From assembly GCF_000973505.1 (NCBI RefSeq), contig NZ_CP010048.1:1-32000 (forward strand): a DNA stretch of 32,000 bases. Reading direction: 5' to 3'. Shown one piece after another: positions 13,665 to 25,913 of this stretch; the stretch's first letter is position 1; each line of letters begins with the position of its first letter. The notes beneath the pieces are model-generated. The model worked only from the letters and a program-made list of their open reading frames with translations, searched no databases and was not told the DNA's origin. Position numbers and translations under genes: made by a program. Source of the DNA: Candidatus Saccharimonadota bacterium (GTDB taxonomy: Bacteria; Pseudomonadota; Gammaproteobacteria; Enterobacterales; Enterobacteriaceae).

Positions 13665-13877
13665 TTATTTAAACTTTGTTATTTTAACAAAAGGGTGACA
13701 TTTCGATATGCGTATTATAAGCATCCATGTGCCTTTTAGTGCACCAAAATTATTTATTGCATCAATTCCATATTGTGAACATGTTTTTTGAAATCGACAA
13801 CGAGGTTGCATTAATGGGCTGATGATTATTTGATATGTTTGTATTAATTTTGTTAATAATTTTATGAGTAGAGGCAT
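13665..13877 (-). CDS. yidD: Membrane protein insertion efficiency factor YidD
   Basis: 70-aa ORF. YQIIISPLMQPRCRFQKTCSQYGIDAINNFGALKGTWMLIIRISKCHP parallels E. coli [48 protein letters not shown]. Lies between rnpA and yidC. Confidence 0.87.
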   Translation of the reverse strand: MPLLIKLLTKLIQTYQIIISPLMQPRCRFQKTCSQYGIDAINNFGALKGTWMLIIRISKCHPFVKITKFK

Positions 13878-14220
13878 GGTATCGCCATATTTTTTTTAAC
13901 ATGTTTTTTAAGGTATCATTATGTAATGATAAGATATCTTTTTTTATTATGATAATGAAATCTATGTTAGATAATATATTATGTTGATATAGTCGGAAAC
14001 TTTCTCGTATTTGGCGTTTAACATGATTTCGTTTATGTGCATGTTTAATGTTTTTTTTGCTAATTATAATTCCAATACGTGGATAGTTTAAATTATTTAT
14101 ATTAATATATGTAATTATTTCGTTCGTGAGAATTTTATGTGAGTTTCTAAAGGCGAAAAAATAGTCACGTGAAGATCGCAATCGTAATTTTTTTGAAAAA
14201 GACAATTTTTTCACGTTCAT
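13762..14220 (-). CDS. rnpA: Ribonuclease P protein component
   Basis: The ORF opens at TTG 14229; ATG 14220 (MNVKKLSFSKKLRL) is preferred. YPRIGIIISKKNIKHAHKRNHVKRQIRESFRL parallels E. coli [32 protein letters not shown]. The 3' end runs 116 nt into yidD (see finding). Confidence 0.88.
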   Translation of the reverse strand: MNVKKLSFSKKLRLRSSRDYFFAFRNSHKILTNEIITYININNLNYPRIGIIISKKNIKHAHKRNHVKRQIRESFRLYQHNILSNIDFIIIIKKDILSLHNDTLKNMLKKIWRYHASTHKIINKINTNISNNHQPINATSLSISKNMFTIWN

Positions 14221-14299
14221 GTTAATCAATTTGAAAATCGTAAATTATTGACGTGGTTTGAAATTGGTAGTTATTTAGTAGTTTATGTGCGATATTTGT

Positions 14300-14449
14300 T
14301 CAGTGATTTTTTTTTGTTGCAGTTAATTTTATTCTTCCTTTTGCGCGACGTCGTGATAATATTTTTCTTCCATTACTAGTAGCCATGCGTGCTCGAAACC
14401 CATGAGTACGGATTCGTTTTATTACAGATGGTTGAAAAGTTCTTTTCAT
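14300..14449 (-). CDS. rpmH: 50S ribosomal protein L34
   Basis: Not in the ORF track because it is under 60 aa. My translation of the - strand is [50 protein letters not shown]. coli L34 reads [39 protein letters not shown].... Confidence 0.94.
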   Translation of the reverse strand: MKRTFQPSVIKRIRTHGFRARMATSNGRKILSRRRAKGRIKLTATKKNH

Positions 14450-14640
14450 GTTATTTAATGTTTATTTGTAAAATTACTAATATTACTGATGATATGATAA
14501 TTGTTAATGGTTATTTTTTTTGTATAACACCGAATGGTAGTAAAAAAAAATTTTATTAAATATTTGTAACTTTAAATTTATGCAGTCTGAATTTTATAGA
14601 ATAAGTTAAAAAATGCAAGATATTTTTTAATTTTTTGAAG

Positions 14641-14661
14641 TATAGAATTATAAATTCTATA
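14641..14661. repeat. Perfect inverted repeat TATAGAATT-ATA-AATTCTATA in the rpmH-dnaA spacer
   Basis: Read directly: 9-bp arms at 14641-14649 and 14653-14661 with a 3-nt centre. All but one base pair per arm is A/T, so chance occurrence is plausible. Confidence 0.5.
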
Positions 14662-14772
14662 TGATTTTTTTATTAAAAATATACTATTGTATAGTATAGA
14701 TAGTAATTTTTTTATTCAGTCTATGTATGATTATTTTTGTAAAATATTAAATTTTGTGTTTACAAGGTACAT

Positions 14773-14820
14773 TTAAGAATTTATATATTATTTATGTTAA
14801 GAATTTATATATTGTTTATG
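14773..14820. repeat. Tandem direct repeat, 2 x 24 nt (TTAAGAATTTATATATTRTTTATG)
   Basis: Units at 14773-14796 and 14797-14820 differ at one position (A/G). Confidence 0.9.
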
Positions 14821-14869
14821 TGTTGTATTGATTGGCTATGATGATGTGTTGTATTAGTTGGCTATGATG
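14818..14869. repeat. Tandem direct repeat, 2 x 26 nt (ATGTGTTGTATT[GA/AG]TTGGCTATGATG)
   Basis: Units at 14818-14843 and 14844-14869 differ at two adjacent positions. It abuts the 24-nt repeat, sharing its last 3 nt. Confidence 0.9.
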
Positions 14870-15132
14870 TTTGGTATTATATTTAAGTAACTTTTATGTG
14901 TGTTTTTTATATGCAGCAATATGAAACATGTATTATTTTTGAATATATTATATTAATTTTTAATTAACAAATAATAATTTAAGTTGTTATGATGTTTTTT
15001 GGGTATAAAAGCTGTATTTTTGTAGTAGTTTTTTATTTGATATTTTTTTATTTTTGTACAACATAAGAGTGTTTTTAAAAACGTAACATTTATCATTATA
15101 GTGGTTTTAATTTTTATGTGGAGTTTTTTGTT

Positions 15133-16530
15133 GTGTCATTTTCGATTTGGCAATATTGTCTTATTTTTTTGAAAAAAGAATTATCTGCTACAGAATTCAG
15201 TACTTGGATACGCCCTTTGCAGGTAGAGTTAATTAGTAATATTTTGACAATTTATGCACCTAATCGTTTTGTTTTAGATTGGATTAGGGCTAAGTATTTG
15301 AGTCATATTAGTTCCTGTTTAAATAGTTTTTGTGGTACGAATGCGCCGTTATTATGTTTTAAGATAGGGAAAAAACCTTTACATATTAGTGATTCTGGGA
15401 AAGATAATATATATAATTCTGGTCGATCGTCTATTTTATCTTCTATTGGAAGAAGTTCAGGATTTGTGGTATGGAGTAATTCATCATCTCAATCGGAATT
15501 ATTTTATCAATCTAATATAAATCCCAAGCACAATTTTAATAATTTTTTAGAAGGTAAATGTAATCAGTTGGCTCGAGCTGCAGCTCAACAGATAGTTGAG
15601 CATAATATAGGAGGTATTTATAATCCTTTATTTTTATATGGTGGTACTGGTGTGGGTAAAACACATTTGTTACATGCTGTGGGAAATGGTATTATGATGA
15701 AATGTTCTAGTGCTAAAGTGGTGTATATGCGTTCTGAACAATTTGTTCAAGATATGGTGCAGGCTTTACAAAATAATACTATTGAAAAGTTTAAACTATA
15801 TTATCGTTCTGTTGATGCATTGTTGATTGATGATATTCAATTTTTTGCTAATAAAGTACGTTCTCAGGAAGAGTTTTTTCATACTTTAAATGCGTTGTTA
15901 GAAGGTAATCAACAGATTGTTTTGACTTCTGATTGTTATCCTAAAAAAATTCAGGGTCTTATGGATAGGTTAAAATCTCGTTTTGCATGGGGATTGACAG
16001 TAGGCATTGAGTCGCCTGAAGTAGAAATTTGTGTAAGAATATTAATGCAGCGAGCAGAAGAGAAGAATGTTATATTTCCTCAAGATGTTGCATTATTTAT
16101 TGCTAAACGTTTGCATTCTAACATTCGTGAATTGGAAGGAGCTTTTAATTGTGTAGTAGCTAATTCTAATTTTACTGGAAAATCAATTACGGTTGAGTTT
16201 GTTCGTGAGTCATTGAAGGATTTATTTTCTTTTAGAACGCGTATAGTGACTGTTAATCATATTCAAAAAATTGTTTCAGAATATTATAGAATAAAAATTG
16301 TGGATTTATTATCTAAACGTCGTTCTCGTTCTCTTGTTCGTCCAAGACAAATCGCTATGGCTTTGTCTAAAGAGTTAAGTAATAATAGTTTATCTGAAAT
16401 TGGTAATGCTTTTGGTGGTAGGGATCGTACTACAGTATTATATTCTTGTAAAAAAATTAAACGATTGTGTGAGGAAAATCATTGTATTAAGGAAGATTTT
16501 TTACATTTAACTAACATGTTATTTTCTTGA
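15133..16530 (+). CDS. dnaA: Chromosomal replication initiator protein DnaA
   Basis: The ORF opens at GTG 15118. GTG 15133 gives [24 protein letters not shown], matching E. coli MSLSLWQQCL..LPATEFSMWIRPLQ, and GGAG (15120-15123) lies 9 nt upstream. Also present: Walker [10 protein letters not shown], Walker [28 protein letters not shown], and C-terminal [21 protein letters not shown]. Confidence 0.95.
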   Translation: MSFSIWQYCLIFLKKELSATEFSTWIRPLQVELISNILTIYAPNRFVLDWIRAKYLSHISSCLNSFCGTNAPLLCFKIGKKPLHISDSGKDNIYNSGRSSILSSIGRSSGFVVWSNSSSQSELFYQSNINPKHNFNNFLEGKCNQLARAAAQQIVEHNIGGIYNPLFLYGGTGVGKTHLLHAVGNGIMMKCSSAKVVYMRSEQFVQDMVQALQNNTIEKFKLYYRSVDALLIDDIQFFANKVRSQEEFFHTLNALLEGNQQIVLTSDCYPKKIQGLMDRLKSRFAWGLTVGIESPEVEICVRILMQRAEEKNVIFPQDVALFIAKRLHSNIRELEGAFNCVVANSNFTGKSITVEFVRESLKDLFSFRTRIVTVNHIQKIVSEYYRIKIVDLLSKRRSRSLVRPRQIAMALSKELSNNSLSEIGNAFGGRDRTTVLYSCKKIKRLCEENHCIKEDFLHLTNMLFS

Positions 16531-17651
16531 AATTTATGTATATTATTATTGAGCGGAATTTTGTGTTTCATGCATTACAGAATGTATTAGGTTTTGTTGG
16601 GGGGGTTAAATCTTCTTCACCGATTTTAGGCCATATATTATTAGAAGTTCGTAATAATAATTTGTTTATGATTGGTACTAATATTGATATTGAAATTGTC
16701 GTATATATTCCTATATATAAAATATATGATATTGGTCAAATTACTGTTCCAGCAAAAAAGTTTTTTGATATATGTCGTGCTTTGTCTGTAACTTCGAAAA
16801 TTATTCTACGATATCAGGAAAGCAAATTGTTTATATCTTCTGAAGGTAGTTCTTTTTCACTTGTTACATTTTCTCCGTTGGATTTTCCTAATATGGGTGT
16901 GTGGGATGCTGAAATAGAATTTACTGTGTCATCAAATGTTTTAAGGAATGTAATTGAATTAACGCAATTTTCGATGGGTAAACGAGATGTCCGTTATTAT
17001 TTAAATGGTATGTTGTTCGAGTTCAATATGAAAAATCTGTGCGCGGTAGCTACTGATGGCCATCGATTAGCATATTGTTCAGTGTTAATTGTGTCAACAG
17101 AAGTAGATATAAATTCATCTTTTTCTATTATTGTTCCTCGTAAATATGTAATTAGTATGACACGAATGCTAGATGTTAATGAGGAAAAGATCAAATTGAA
17201 AATAGGTAGGCAAAATATATCTATTGTAGTCGGTAATTATGTTGTAACTTCTAAATTAATTAATGGTATTTTTCCGAATTATAAATCTGTTTTTCCTAAG
17301 GAATCAAAATTTGTTTTAGAAGTAGCTGTTAAGAAGTTACAACAAGCTATTAAACGTGCTATGATTTTATGTAGTGAGAAATTTCATGTAGTTAGATTTT
17401 TGTTAGGTCTTAATCAGTTAAAGATTGTTAGTAGTAATCCTGAACATGAATTGTCGGAACAATTGTTAGATGTTGTTTATTCTGGACGGGATATGGAAAT
17501 TGGTTTTAATATTTATTATATTATAGATATATTGAATGTTATAAGATCGAATACGGTACGTTTTTTATTAACGGATGAACATTCTAGTGTGAAGATTGTG
17601 AGTTATCCAATGGATATTAGTGTGTATATTATTATGCCTATACGTTTATAA
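16527..17651 (+). CDS. dnaN: DNA polymerase III beta sliding clamp
   Basis: The TTG start overlaps the dnaA TGA (TTGA) and keeps the MKF N-terminus of E. coli DnaN; ATG 16536 is the alternative. [48 protein letters not shown], and the IIMPIRL C-terminus are present. Confidence 0.93.
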   Translation: MKFMYIIIERNFVFHALQNVLGFVGGVKSSSPILGHILLEVRNNNLFMIGTNIDIEIVVYIPIYKIYDIGQITVPAKKFFDICRALSVTSKIILRYQESKLFISSEGSSFSLVTFSPLDFPNMGVWDAEIEFTVSSNVLRNVIELTQFSMGKRDVRYYLNGMLFEFNMKNLCAVATDGHRLAYCSVLIVSTEVDINSSFSIIVPRKYVISMTRMLDVNEEKIKLKIGRQNISIVVGNYVVTSKLINGIFPNYKSVFPKESKFVLEVAVKKLQQAIKRAMILCSEKFHVVRFLLGLNQLKIVSSNPEHELSEQLLDVVYSGRDMEIGFNIYYIIDILNVIRSNTVRFLLTDEHSSVKIVSYPMDISVYIIMPIRL

Positions 17652-17717
17652 TTTGATATATGTTTACGTAAATGTACTTTAAATTTATGGATGGTTGCAT
17701 GTAGTTGTTGTTTGTAA

Positions 17718-20213
<2,496 letters not shown>

Positions 20214-20830
20214 GTTTTGGTGCACAAGTACTTATTTGATTATTATACTATAATAAGTAAATAGATAAATTTATATTGATAATATATTTTAGCTGATTGT
20301 GCTGTATTGTGATTAATAAATGTGTAATTAAGACAAAATTATGGTTTTTTTTAGTGTAATTATACTAAAAATTATTTATGATGCATTTTCTTGTAGTGAT
20401 TGGAGTGTTAAATGTTATAAAAAAATATTTTTTTATCGTCGTATATTTCTATGATATATTTAACAAAAGAATTTGATTTTTTTAGATTATTTTCATGTTA
20501 AGTGAGGAATATTCTATGTTACAATATTGAAAGGTAGTATATTAATTATTATTGGTAATAGTATTTGTAATATATCTATAAAAAAGTATTTGTATTGTGG
20601 TATAATTAAATGAAATTTTAAATGTCAGTTTGGTGTATCAGAGAATGTAAAGGTAATGTATGTTAATTTAAAAAGTGGATTATTAAATGTATATTTAAAG
20701 CGTTTTTTTGGTAAAATTTTTTTTTAAAGTCTAATCGAATTAAAATTAAAATAGTGAACAGTAGTGGTGTTTGTATATTTTTTATATACAGATGCTATGA
20801 TTGTTTTCGTGATTTTATGGAGAATGATAT

Positions 20831-21244
20831 ATGCGTGATTATGATTTTTCACCATTATTTCGTCAATGGATTGGATTTGATCAATTGGCAAATGATATGC
20901 AGGAAGAAAAGGGAGGATTAAGTTTTCCGCTTTATAATATAGCTAAATCGAGTGATAATCAATATCGTATTACTTTGGCGTTAGCTGGTTTTAAGCAAGA
21001 AGATTTAATTATTGAATTACAAGGTACTCGTTTAACTATTTCAGGTCGTCCAAATATGGATGGAGAAGATCAAATAAAAGAATATTTACATCAGGGTATA
21101 ATTTCTAAAGAATTTTCATTGGAATTTACCTTAGCTGAAAATATGGTGGTTAAACATGCCCGTTTTGGTAATGGTTTGTTAAATATAGATTTAGAGAGAC
21201 ATCTTCCTGAATCTATGAAACCTTGTCGTATTTCTATTGATTAA
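20831..21244 (+). CDS. ibpA: Small heat shock protein IbpA (alpha-crystallin family)
   Basis: 137-aa [35 protein letters not shown] and [16 protein letters not shown] parallel E. coli IbpA. GGAG (20819-20822) lies 8 nt upstream of the ATG. Confidence 0.92.
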   Translation: MRDYDFSPLFRQWIGFDQLANDMQEEKGGLSFPLYNIAKSSDNQYRITLALAGFKQEDLIIELQGTRLTISGRPNMDGEDQIKEYLHQGIISKEFSLEFTLAENMVVKHARFGNGLLNIDLERHLPESMKPCRISID

Positions 21245-21401
21245 TTATTAATATGTCGTATTTTTTATCAGTTGTTGTTGCATGTTTAAAATGTTAATTT
21301 TTTTTATTACAATTAATTATTATAATTATTAAGAATAGTGTTGTTGTTTTATTATGATGTATAGAAGTGAAGGTATAGTAGTGGCAATAGTGTAATTTTC
21401 A

Positions 21402-22412
21402 TTAAATTAGATTGTGTGCTCGTAGTTCAGTTTTCAAATAAGCGTAATAAATTGGTGCTGCTATTATGCCTTCTAATCCAAAAATTGATTCAAATAATAA
21501 CATAACTAACATTAATTCCCACGGTTGGGCTTTTATGCGATTTCCGATAATTTCAGCGTTGAGAAAATACTCTAGTTTATGAATTAAAATTAAATATACT
21601 AACATCATTCCACCTGCTATTAATGAAATTGAAAGTGCAGAGATAGTAATTATGATGTTGGACATGATGTTTCCTACAATTGGTAATAATCCGAAGATAA
21701 AAGTAGTTAATGTTAATGTTTTGCTAAGTGGTAGTTTGTCATTAAATATTAAAGGAAATATAATAAAAATTATTATAGATGTGAATAATGTGTTTATTAA
21801 AGATATTTTTATTTGAGCAAATACAATATTATGAAATGCGTTTGATAAGTGATGTATGCGTTGTAATAATTGAGATATGAAATATGTATGCTTTGTAGTT
21901 GTTGGTTTACTTAATGCGATGACTGTACCAATTATTAATCCAATAAATAATGTAATTAATCCATGCAAAAATGTATGTCCCATATTTCGGATGAAAATTA
22001 AATTGGATTCGATAAAAATAAAAATTTGATCTTTAAGTTCTTCAGTGCTGTTTGGCAGCCATGAAGGAAGAAATATCGGAACATGTTTTTTTACATCATT
22101 GAAAATTCGATTAATTTCTGTAATTAGGTCAATTTTTTTTTGAAAATCTTCTAAGAATGTGATTAAGCTGATTATACCTAATGTCATACTGCTCACAACT
22201 ATTGTAGAAATAAAGGCAACTACCAACCATCTAGCTTTAGCTTTTTCGCTGCCAACTATTTTTTCAAATATTGTAGCTAGTGAAATGATAATTTCATATG
22301 AAAGTAATCCAGAAATGAAACAAGGAAAAAGATGTAATGGAATAATAACAATGATTAATGTGAATGTTAGTAAATAGCTGATCATTTTTATGGAAGATTC
22401 TTTATTTATCAT
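21402..22412 (-). CDS. Putative AI-2E / PerM-like (UPF0118) family permease
   Basis: 336-aa polytopic membrane protein. The C-terminal pattern FGLLPIVGNIMSNIIITISAL ... LEYFLNAEIIGNRIKAQPWELMLVMLLFESIFGLEGIIAAPIYYA resembles the family signature (..P.vG......P..l.al ... l.P.l.g....l.P......l..g...G..G...a.P). The assignment rests on recall alone, and the start codon is uncertain. Confidence 0.6.
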   Translation of the reverse strand: MINKESSIKMISYLLTFTLIIVIIPLHLFPCFISGLLSYEIIISLATIFEKIVGSEKAKARWLVVAFISTIVVSSMTLGIISLITFLEDFQKKIDLITEINRIFNDVKKHVPIFLPSWLPNSTEELKDQIFIFIESNLIFIRNMGHTFLHGLITLFIGLIIGTVIALSKPTTTKHTYFISQLLQRIHHLSNAFHNIVFAQIKISLINTLFTSIIIFIIFPLIFNDKLPLSKTLTLTTFIFGLLPIVGNIMSNIIITISALSISLIAGGMMLVYLILIHKLEYFLNAEIIGNRIKAQPWELMLVMLLFESIFGLEGIIAAPIYYAYLKTELRAHNLI

Positions 22413-22983
22413 TTTTTATCATTATTTTATATATAGTAAAATCATTACATAGTATGGATTATCTCATTTTATTTATGTTATGTGTAGTGTATATAGTTTA
22501 TTGTTTTATTGTTATATATGTGTTTTTAATTGATAGATGATTAATAAAATAGGTGTTAGTTATGTGTGATAAAATATCATTTTTCTGGATGTTTTAGGGG
22601 TGTCTGTATTGTTTTTGTATTATGTTATCAAGTAGTATTATTATTAATAATTGTTTATTCTATATTATATTTTGTATTTGTTATAAAATTACAATATTTA
22701 ATATAAGTAGGTTTAGGTTTTTTTGTTGGTTTTTTTATGGAGTTATTATATGTTTTTAAGAATTTTGTTATTTTTTTTTATTTTTCAAACAAAATATAAA
22801 TTTAACGTTTAACTTGTAGTTGTTTATTTTTATTTGATTATTTGTTTTTTACGTGTATATACAGTAATTTTATTCGATCTTGAAATTAGGATATGATTAT
22901 GTTAGTTAATAATGCTGTGTGTTATTTTTTTAATGATATTTATAATTTAATTAGTAAATTTTTTTTTGATAGATAGAGTTGAA

Positions 22984-23901
22984 ATGGAAAATAGTCCTGT
23001 GAAAACTTTTCAAGAGTTGGTGTTTGATCTTCAGAGTTATTGGAGATGTCATGGGTGTATGATAGCTCACTCTTTTGATATGGAAATTGGTGCGGCTACT
23101 TCACATCCAATAACATTTTTACGTGCAATTGGACCAGAGCCTATATGTGTGGCATATATTCAAGCATCTAGACGTCCAGTAGATAGTAGATATGCTAAAA
23201 ATCCAAATAAGTTGCAGCATTATTATCAGTTTCAAGTTATTATGAAACCACCTCCAGAAAACATTCAAGATTTGTATCTTGTTTCTTTGAAATCAATTGG
23301 ATTAGATATTATGGATCATGACATTAAATTTATAGAAGATAATTGGTCTAATCCTACTCTTGGAGCTTGGGGTGTAGGTTGGGAGGTATGGTTAGATGGA
23401 ATGGAAATTACGCAATTCACTTATTTTCAGCAGGTGGGTGGATTAGAATGCAATCCGGTTATGGCTGAAATTACATATGGGTTAGAACGTTTAGCTATGT
23501 CTTTGCAAAAAGTTGATAATGTTTATAATATTGTGTGGGATAATTATTTATTAGGTCCGGTAACATATGGTGATATTTTTTTTCAAAATGAATTAGAACA
23601 GTCTCAGTATAATTTGGAATATGTTGACGTTAATTTTTTATTTATGTGTTTTGCGGAGTATGAAAAACAAGTTCAGTATTTGATTCATTTGGAACCTCCG
23701 TTATCAATTCCAGCTTATGAGTATATTTTGAAATTAGTGCATGTTTTTAATTTATTAGAGAGCAGAAAAGTGATTTCTGTTATGGATAGGCAGAATTATA
23801 TTTTGCGTATTTGTAATCTTACTAAAATAGTTGCTGGAGCTTACTATTTATCTCGAAAATCATTAGGTTTTCCTATGTGTGTAAATGATAAAATAAGATA
23901 A
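22984..23901 (+). CDS. glyQ: Glycine--tRNA ligase alpha subunit
   Basis: The ORF opens at TTG 22966; ATG 22984 ([20 protein letters not shown]) aligns with E. coli [67 protein letters not shown] and [10 protein letters not shown] are present. Confidence 0.95.
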   Translation: MENSPVKTFQELVFDLQSYWRCHGCMIAHSFDMEIGAATSHPITFLRAIGPEPICVAYIQASRRPVDSRYAKNPNKLQHYYQFQVIMKPPPENIQDLYLVSLKSIGLDIMDHDIKFIEDNWSNPTLGAWGVGWEVWLDGMEITQFTYFQQVGGLECNPVMAEITYGLERLAMSLQKVDNVYNIVWDNYLLGPVTYGDIFFQNELEQSQYNLEYVDVNFLFMCFAEYEKQVQYLIHLEPPLSIPAYEYILKLVHVFNLLESRKVISVMDRQNYILRICNLTKIVAGAYYLSRKSLGFPMCVNDKIR

Positions 23902-23914
23902 ATAGTGATATATT

Positions 23915-25912
23915 ATGGTTAAGCATGTTTTGTTAGTAGAGATTGGTACTGAAATGTTACCTTCGAAGATGTTAAGAAGGTTGGGTGAGTCGTTTGCTAA
24001 CAATGTAAAACGTGGATTTAAGCAAGTTAATATTTATTATGAGCAGTTTTTGTGGTTTGCTTCTCCTAGACGTTTAGCGTTTCAGGTTATTGATATTTCA
24101 ATGTTTAGTGAAGAAGAGTTAAAAAATAACGTGTATAGTAGTCAATTTGTGCAACAAGATATTACAGAATTGTTGAATACTATAGTTTTTGATGCTTTAA
24201 CTCAATTATCAACTTCAACAATGATGAGATGGAAAGATGAGAATAGAAAATTTATTCGACCGGTTCGTAGTATTACTATCTTGTTAGATGATAAAGTTGT
24301 TACATCAAATTTTTTTGGATTGCCTTCAAATCGGGTGGTACGTGGTCATCATATTATGGCAAATCGGGATATGATTCTTGATCATGCCGCTCATTATCAA
24401 AAGGTATTATTAGAATCTGGTTTTGTTATAGCGGACTATGAATATCGAAAACAAATTATATATTCTGGTATTAAAGATTTTGTTAAGAAAGTAAAAGGAG
24501 TAATAGATAATCAGATTCATGATTTATTGGAGGAGGTAACTTCTTTATCAGAGTGGCCGGTGATATTGTTAGGATCTTTTGATGAGAGGTTTTTATGTAT
24601 ACCATATGAAATTTTATTATATATAATGAAAGTGAAAAAAAAATATTTTCCTGTTTATGATTTTTCTGGAAAATTATTACCTTATTTTATTTTTGTTATA
24701 GATATAATTACTAACAATAGTGAAAGAATTATATGTGCACATGAGAAATTGTTGTCTTTATGTTTTTCTGATGTTGAGTTTTTTTTAAATTGTGATAAAC
24801 GATATCGTTTAGAAGATTATTTATTTCGTTTAAATACTGTTTCATTTCATAGCAGGTTGGGTAATTTGTATGATAAAACCATGCGAATTAAATTTTTATC
24901 TATTTGGATTGCTAATAAGATTGGTGTGGATGTATCACAAGTAGAACGTGCTTCGGTTTTGTCTAAATGTGATTTATTATCTTGTATGGTATCTGAATTT
25001 CCTATGGCTCAAGGGATAATAGGTATGTATTATGCTCGACGTGATGGTGAGTTAGAATCAGTTGCTTTAGCTCAAAAGGAACAGTACTTACCCGGATTTT
25101 TTTCTGATGTATTACCTAGTACACTTATATCATGTATAGTATCTATTGCTGACAAAATTGATACAATATCAGGTATGTTTATAATTGGAGAGAATCCTAA
25201 AGGACGTGGTGATCCATGGGGTTTAAGAAGAGCTGCTTTTGGTATTTTGCGTATTGTGTTGGAAAAAAAATTGGACATTAATTTGTCGCATTTAATAAAA
25301 TATTCTTTGAATTTGTATAAAACTAGTTTAGTTGGTTTTAATGATTCGTACGTAAGTTTGTCGATTGATCATGGATTAAATGCAATTAATAGTTTTATTT
25401 ATAAACGGTTATGCATTTTGTATGAAAGAAAAGGTTATGGAATAAGTATTATTCAAGCTGTATTACCTGAGAATATAATGAGTTTAGTAGATTTTGACAA
25501 AAAAGTGCATGCGTTAAGTTCTTTTTGTGTATTAAAAAAAAAAGAATCTCAGCAATTGTTTATTATATTTAAACGAATTTTTAATATTTTGAAAAATGTT
25601 AGTGGGTTAAAATGTGGTGTCAGTGCTGTTTTATTGATTGAAGAGGAAGAAATTATTTTGGCAAATAAACTCAAAGTTTTGAGTTCTAATTTTCAATTAT
25701 TGTATAATGATAGTGATTACTACGGTGCGTTAGTATTATTATCAGCTTTATATGATCCTGTAGACTGCTTTTTTAGATCTGTAGTTGTGATGTCTGAGAA
25801 TGAAGGTCTTCGGTTGAATCGGTTATCATTATTGAATGAAATAATGTGTTTGTTATTTCAGATAGTTTGTCATCCGCAATATATTTTTAATATATATTCT
25901 GGAAAAAAATAA
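23915..25912 (+). CDS. glyS: Glycine--tRNA ligase beta subunit
   Basis: 665-aa ORF immediately after glyQ. LLVEIGTEMLP, ASPRRLA, RWKDENRKFIRPV, EWPV.LLGSFDERFL..P.E, KYFPVYD, MAQGIIGMYYARRDGE and GDPWGLRRAAFGILRI match my recollection of GlyS blocks. Confidence 0.93.
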   Translation: MVKHVLLVEIGTEMLPSKMLRRLGESFANNVKRGFKQVNIYYEQFLWFASPRRLAFQVIDISMFSEEELKNNVYSSQFVQQDITELLNTIVFDALTQLSTSTMMRWKDENRKFIRPVRSITILLDDKVVTSNFFGLPSNRVVRGHHIMANRDMILDHAAHYQKVLLESGFVIADYEYRKQIIYSGIKDFVKKVKGVIDNQIHDLLEEVTSLSEWPVILLGSFDERFLCIPYEILLYIMKVKKKYFPVYDFSGKLLPYFIFVIDIITNNSERIICAHEKLLSLCFSDVEFFLNCDKRYRLEDYLFRLNTVSFHSRLGNLYDKTMRIKFLSIWIANKIGVDVSQVERASVLSKCDLLSCMVSEFPMAQGIIGMYYARRDGELESVALAQKEQYLPGFFSDVLPSTLISCIVSIADKIDTISGMFIIGENPKGRGDPWGLRRAAFGILRIVLEKKLDINLSHLIKYSLNLYKTSLVGFNDSYVSLSIDHGLNAINSFIYKRLCILYERKGYGISIIQAVLPENIMSLVDFDKKVHALSSFCVLKKKESQQLFIIFKRIFNILKNVSGLKCGVSAVLLIEEEEIILANKLKVLSSNFQLLYNDSDYYGALVLLSALYDPVDCFFRSVVVMSENEGLRLNRLSLLNEIMCLLFQIVCHPQYIFNIYSGKK

Positions 25913-25913
25913 A

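Noticed and set aside
14450-15132. Canonical DnaA boxes (TTATCCACA / TGTGGATAA) in the rpmH-dnaA spacer and around the skew switch (850-1500).
   Set aside because: The best matches I could find by eye are 7/9: TGAATCACA at about 900, TAATTCACG at about 1112, ATGTACACA at about 1281 and TATGGATAT at about 1479. That is the chance level in AT-rich sequence. A PWM scan is needed before calling any of them.
15118-16530. Possibility that dnaA is a pseudogene.
   Set aside because: The frame is open over the full length, and all AAA+ motifs and most of domains I and IV are conserved. It has a good Shine-Dalgarno and a GTG start as in E. coli. Only the specific DNA-contact substitutions are unusual, and these are reported as a finding rather than as evidence of pseudogenisation.
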